DNA of 63,855 nt from Salpingoeca rosetta (lineage: Eukaryota > Protista > Choanoflagellata). This document shows positions 61,204 to 63,855 of the stretch, piece by piece (position 1 is the stretch's first letter; each line of letters opens with the position of its first letter). The DNA is taken from assembly GCA_033442325.1 (NCBI GenBank), contig JAWQFM010000001.1:2838882-2902736 (forward strand), in the 5' to 3' direction. The notes below the pieces were generated by a model. It searched no databases and had not been told where the DNA came from. It worked only from the letters and a program-made list of their open reading frames with translations. The translations under genes were made by a program, and so were the position numbers.

Positions 61204-63760
61204 ATGGAGCTGTCTGGGAGCAGTGCTACCGGTGTTGGGGCAAACATGAGCACCCCTGAAACCCTCCAGGTACGTGACACACACACACACACACCGCACA
61301 TATGTTGTCATGTGTCTTGATTCCAGCGTGTGTGTATGTGTGTGTGTGTGTGTATGTGTCTCGGGGGAGGGGAACATACGCGCAGCTCTTGTTTTGTCCT
61401 TCTGTCACTATGTCTGTGTATCTGGTCATGCCAGTGCATACACGCGCACACCTGTCACCGTCCGTCTCCTCTTCTTGTTCTCCTTGTTCTTTCCTTCTTG
61501 CACTCCTCCACTGTATGCAACACCACGATCTTGCCTCGGTCTCTGGTGTCGCTGTGCACGGGCCACTGGTTGTTGCACCCATGATGGTGTTCCATACTTG
61601 TTCCCGCCCCCTTCCCTCTCACATACATACATGTACACACACACACACACGCACACGCACACGTACACATACATGTATACACACACGTACACACACGTGT
61701 GCACATGTGTGCACATCCACACATGTTATATCCATCAATCCCCTTGTTGATCCATGTCGGTTTCGAGTAGGCGCAGCCTAGAGGACCCATGGCTCGTGCT
61801 GTGCAGCCACAGCCTGTCGCCAAGCTCACGCCGTTCCAGCTGTCACAACGAGGCATGCTGCAGCCTCTCAAGCAAGCCGTGGAAGGCGGCTTCCACGTCG
61901 ACACCCCAGATGAGGAAGGCATCACCTGCCTCCACTGGTGTGCCATCAACAACCGCCTCGAATGCATCCAGTGCGTACACGAAACGTGTGTGCATGAGAG
62001 CGATCGACCGTTTTATGTGCTTGTCTGTGTCATCTGTTTGTCTAGCCGCAGGTGCAATTGTGACGCAGTCCGTGAGTGAATGAAGAGCATCGTCCACCAT
62101 CCACACGCGTGTATACACGCGATGTCCCACTCTCCCTCACACACACACACACTGTACGCAAATCAGGTATTTGTTGGATGAAGGTGCCAATGTGGATCCA
62201 GTTGGCGGGGAGTTGCAAGCCACTCCACTGCACTGGGCAATCAGGTGCGATGATGGCAGACAAGAGGCGGAGTCTCCCATGTGCACTCAACTCCACACAC
62301 ACATACACACACAGGCATACACAATTCCAGACGCACACATGCACACGCACGCACACGCACGCCCGCACACACACGCACACACATACACACACGCACGCTC
62401 ATGTTATGGGCACCAAACTGTGTGGTCGTGGCGCCCCGTATTGGCTGCAGGCAAGGCCACATGCGCGTCGTTGTGCTGCTTGTCAAGGGCGGCGCTAACA
62501 CCGCCTTCAAAGACGCGCAAGGTGTGGGGGGGTTTGTTGCATGTGTAGGCGTGTTTATGTGCGCGTCTGTACATCCGCATGTGAGAGTGTGTGTGTGTGT
62601 GAATGTGTGAACGAGAGCGTGAGAGAATTGGTGAGAGAATGAGAGAGATTGGGAGAACGGAGTGCATGTACCTCATGCCAACCTCCTCTTTCGTGCCCGT
62701 GCTCTTGGACGACCAACCCAACCAACTCTCACGCCCTCCCCGCATTATTGCTACTCATGCACGGATCACCATGCATGTGCATGACAGGGTACAACCCGCT
62801 TCACGTGGCCTCACAGTTTGGCTTCATGAACATTGCCGCGTACCTTGTCGCGCGGGGAGCGGTCAGTCATGGTGTATGATGCAACTCGCACGTGAATGCA
62901 TACACACGAACGCATGCATGCACACCCACATAGACATGCACACGAACGTACGCGCACGCACGAACGTACGCGCACCCACAAACGCACGTCACACACACAC
63001 ACACTGCTCACACCAATGGTGCTGTGTTGTGCGCAGGATGTCAATGCAAAAGACAACAACGGCCGCACGCCCCTCATCTGGGCGGCGACAAAGGCCTTCT
63101 CGTACGTGCTATACCACTCACCGCTGTGCACGTTATTGCTGCTGGGTGCTCTGTGCATGACTGTAATCGCCAACCACAACAACACATTGCATTCGTCCAC
63201 GCAAATGTTTCAATGCTTCCCGGATTCCAACCAACTCAACTCAAACAACACTCACACACCTGGCGTTGCAGCTCTGATCTGATCCGCTGCCTGATGGCGC
63301 TCGACGCGTCTCTAAATCTCCGCGACTCTGCCGGCAACACAGGTGCACACACACACACACATACACATACATGTGCGCATGTACACATGTGCATACATGA
63401 ACTCAAACACATGCACGTCCGTTCGCATATGAGCATGCACGCATTGGCTTCTTTGTGGTCGGCTTGTACTTGTGCACATGAGCGTTCGTGTGTATGCGCG
63501 AGCGTGTGGGCACATTGTGTGTGTGTGTTTGTGTGTGCAGTCTCATGGCTGTGTTTTGAATTGAACTGAACACTTTTTTCTCACGCACATATGTGCTTGT
63601 GTTTTTTACAGCGCTGCACTATGCTGTCGCTGCCAACAACATGTTTGCGGTCATTGCCCTGGTTCATGCCGGTGCCAGCAAGGACGTCAAGAATGAGCAG
63701 GTACGCCTGGTGCAGTAAGCGAAGTGCTCACCCTCACCAATGAACCGCACATGCGGGCGC

Positions 63761-63815
<55 letters not shown>

Positions 63816-63855
63816 GAAACACAAATACACATGCGCGTGCACATTTTGCAACAGC
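61204..63855 (+). CDS. ZDHHC17: Ankyrin-repeat N-terminus of a ZDHHC17/HIP14/Akr1-type palmitoyltransferase (partial)
   Basis: Exons TCLHWCAINNR / YLLDEGANVDPVGGELQATPLHWAIR / QGHMRVVVLLVKGGA / GYNPLHVASQFG..AYLVARG / DVNAKDNNGRTPLIWAA / ALHYAVAANN are colinear with recalled HIP14 ankyrin repeats. The DHHC domain would lie beyond the window. Confidence 0.8.

Overview
Gene-dense, intron-rich eukaryotic DNA with (CA)n/(TG)n microsatellites in most introns and three 100-N gaps. Gene content and style suggest a choanoflagellate such as Salpingoeca (inference). Most ORFs in the track are microsatellite artefacts (poly-VC/HT). Manual splicing at GT(GC)/AG sites recovers about 13 genes: a Myb/SANT-like + CCHC + polyQ protein (partial); a protein with three copies of an uncharacterised ~140-aa domain; an intronless 1421-aa low-complexity protein; a riboflavin-pathway fusion; a disordered Ser/Pro protein; TMEM129; an SPCA/PMR1 Ca/Mn ATPase; a TACC protein; a CASC3/Barentsz-like protein; a rhodanese; an HMG-box protein; a coiled-coil protein; an intronless secreted NTF2/SnoaL-like protein; and a ZDHHC17/Akr1-like ankyrin protein (partial). 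The top finding is a single 7-exon, ~1123-aa gene fusing RibB (DHBP synthase), RibA (GTP cyclohydrolase II) and bacterial-type bifunctional RibD (deaminase + reductase). Next is a polarity in introns: (UG)n near 5' splice sites and (CA)n near 3' splice sites that often lack a polypyrimidine tract. The ATPase lacks most of its N-domain at a (TG)n tract, probably an assembly collapse. All family assignments come from recognised motifs, not database searches.
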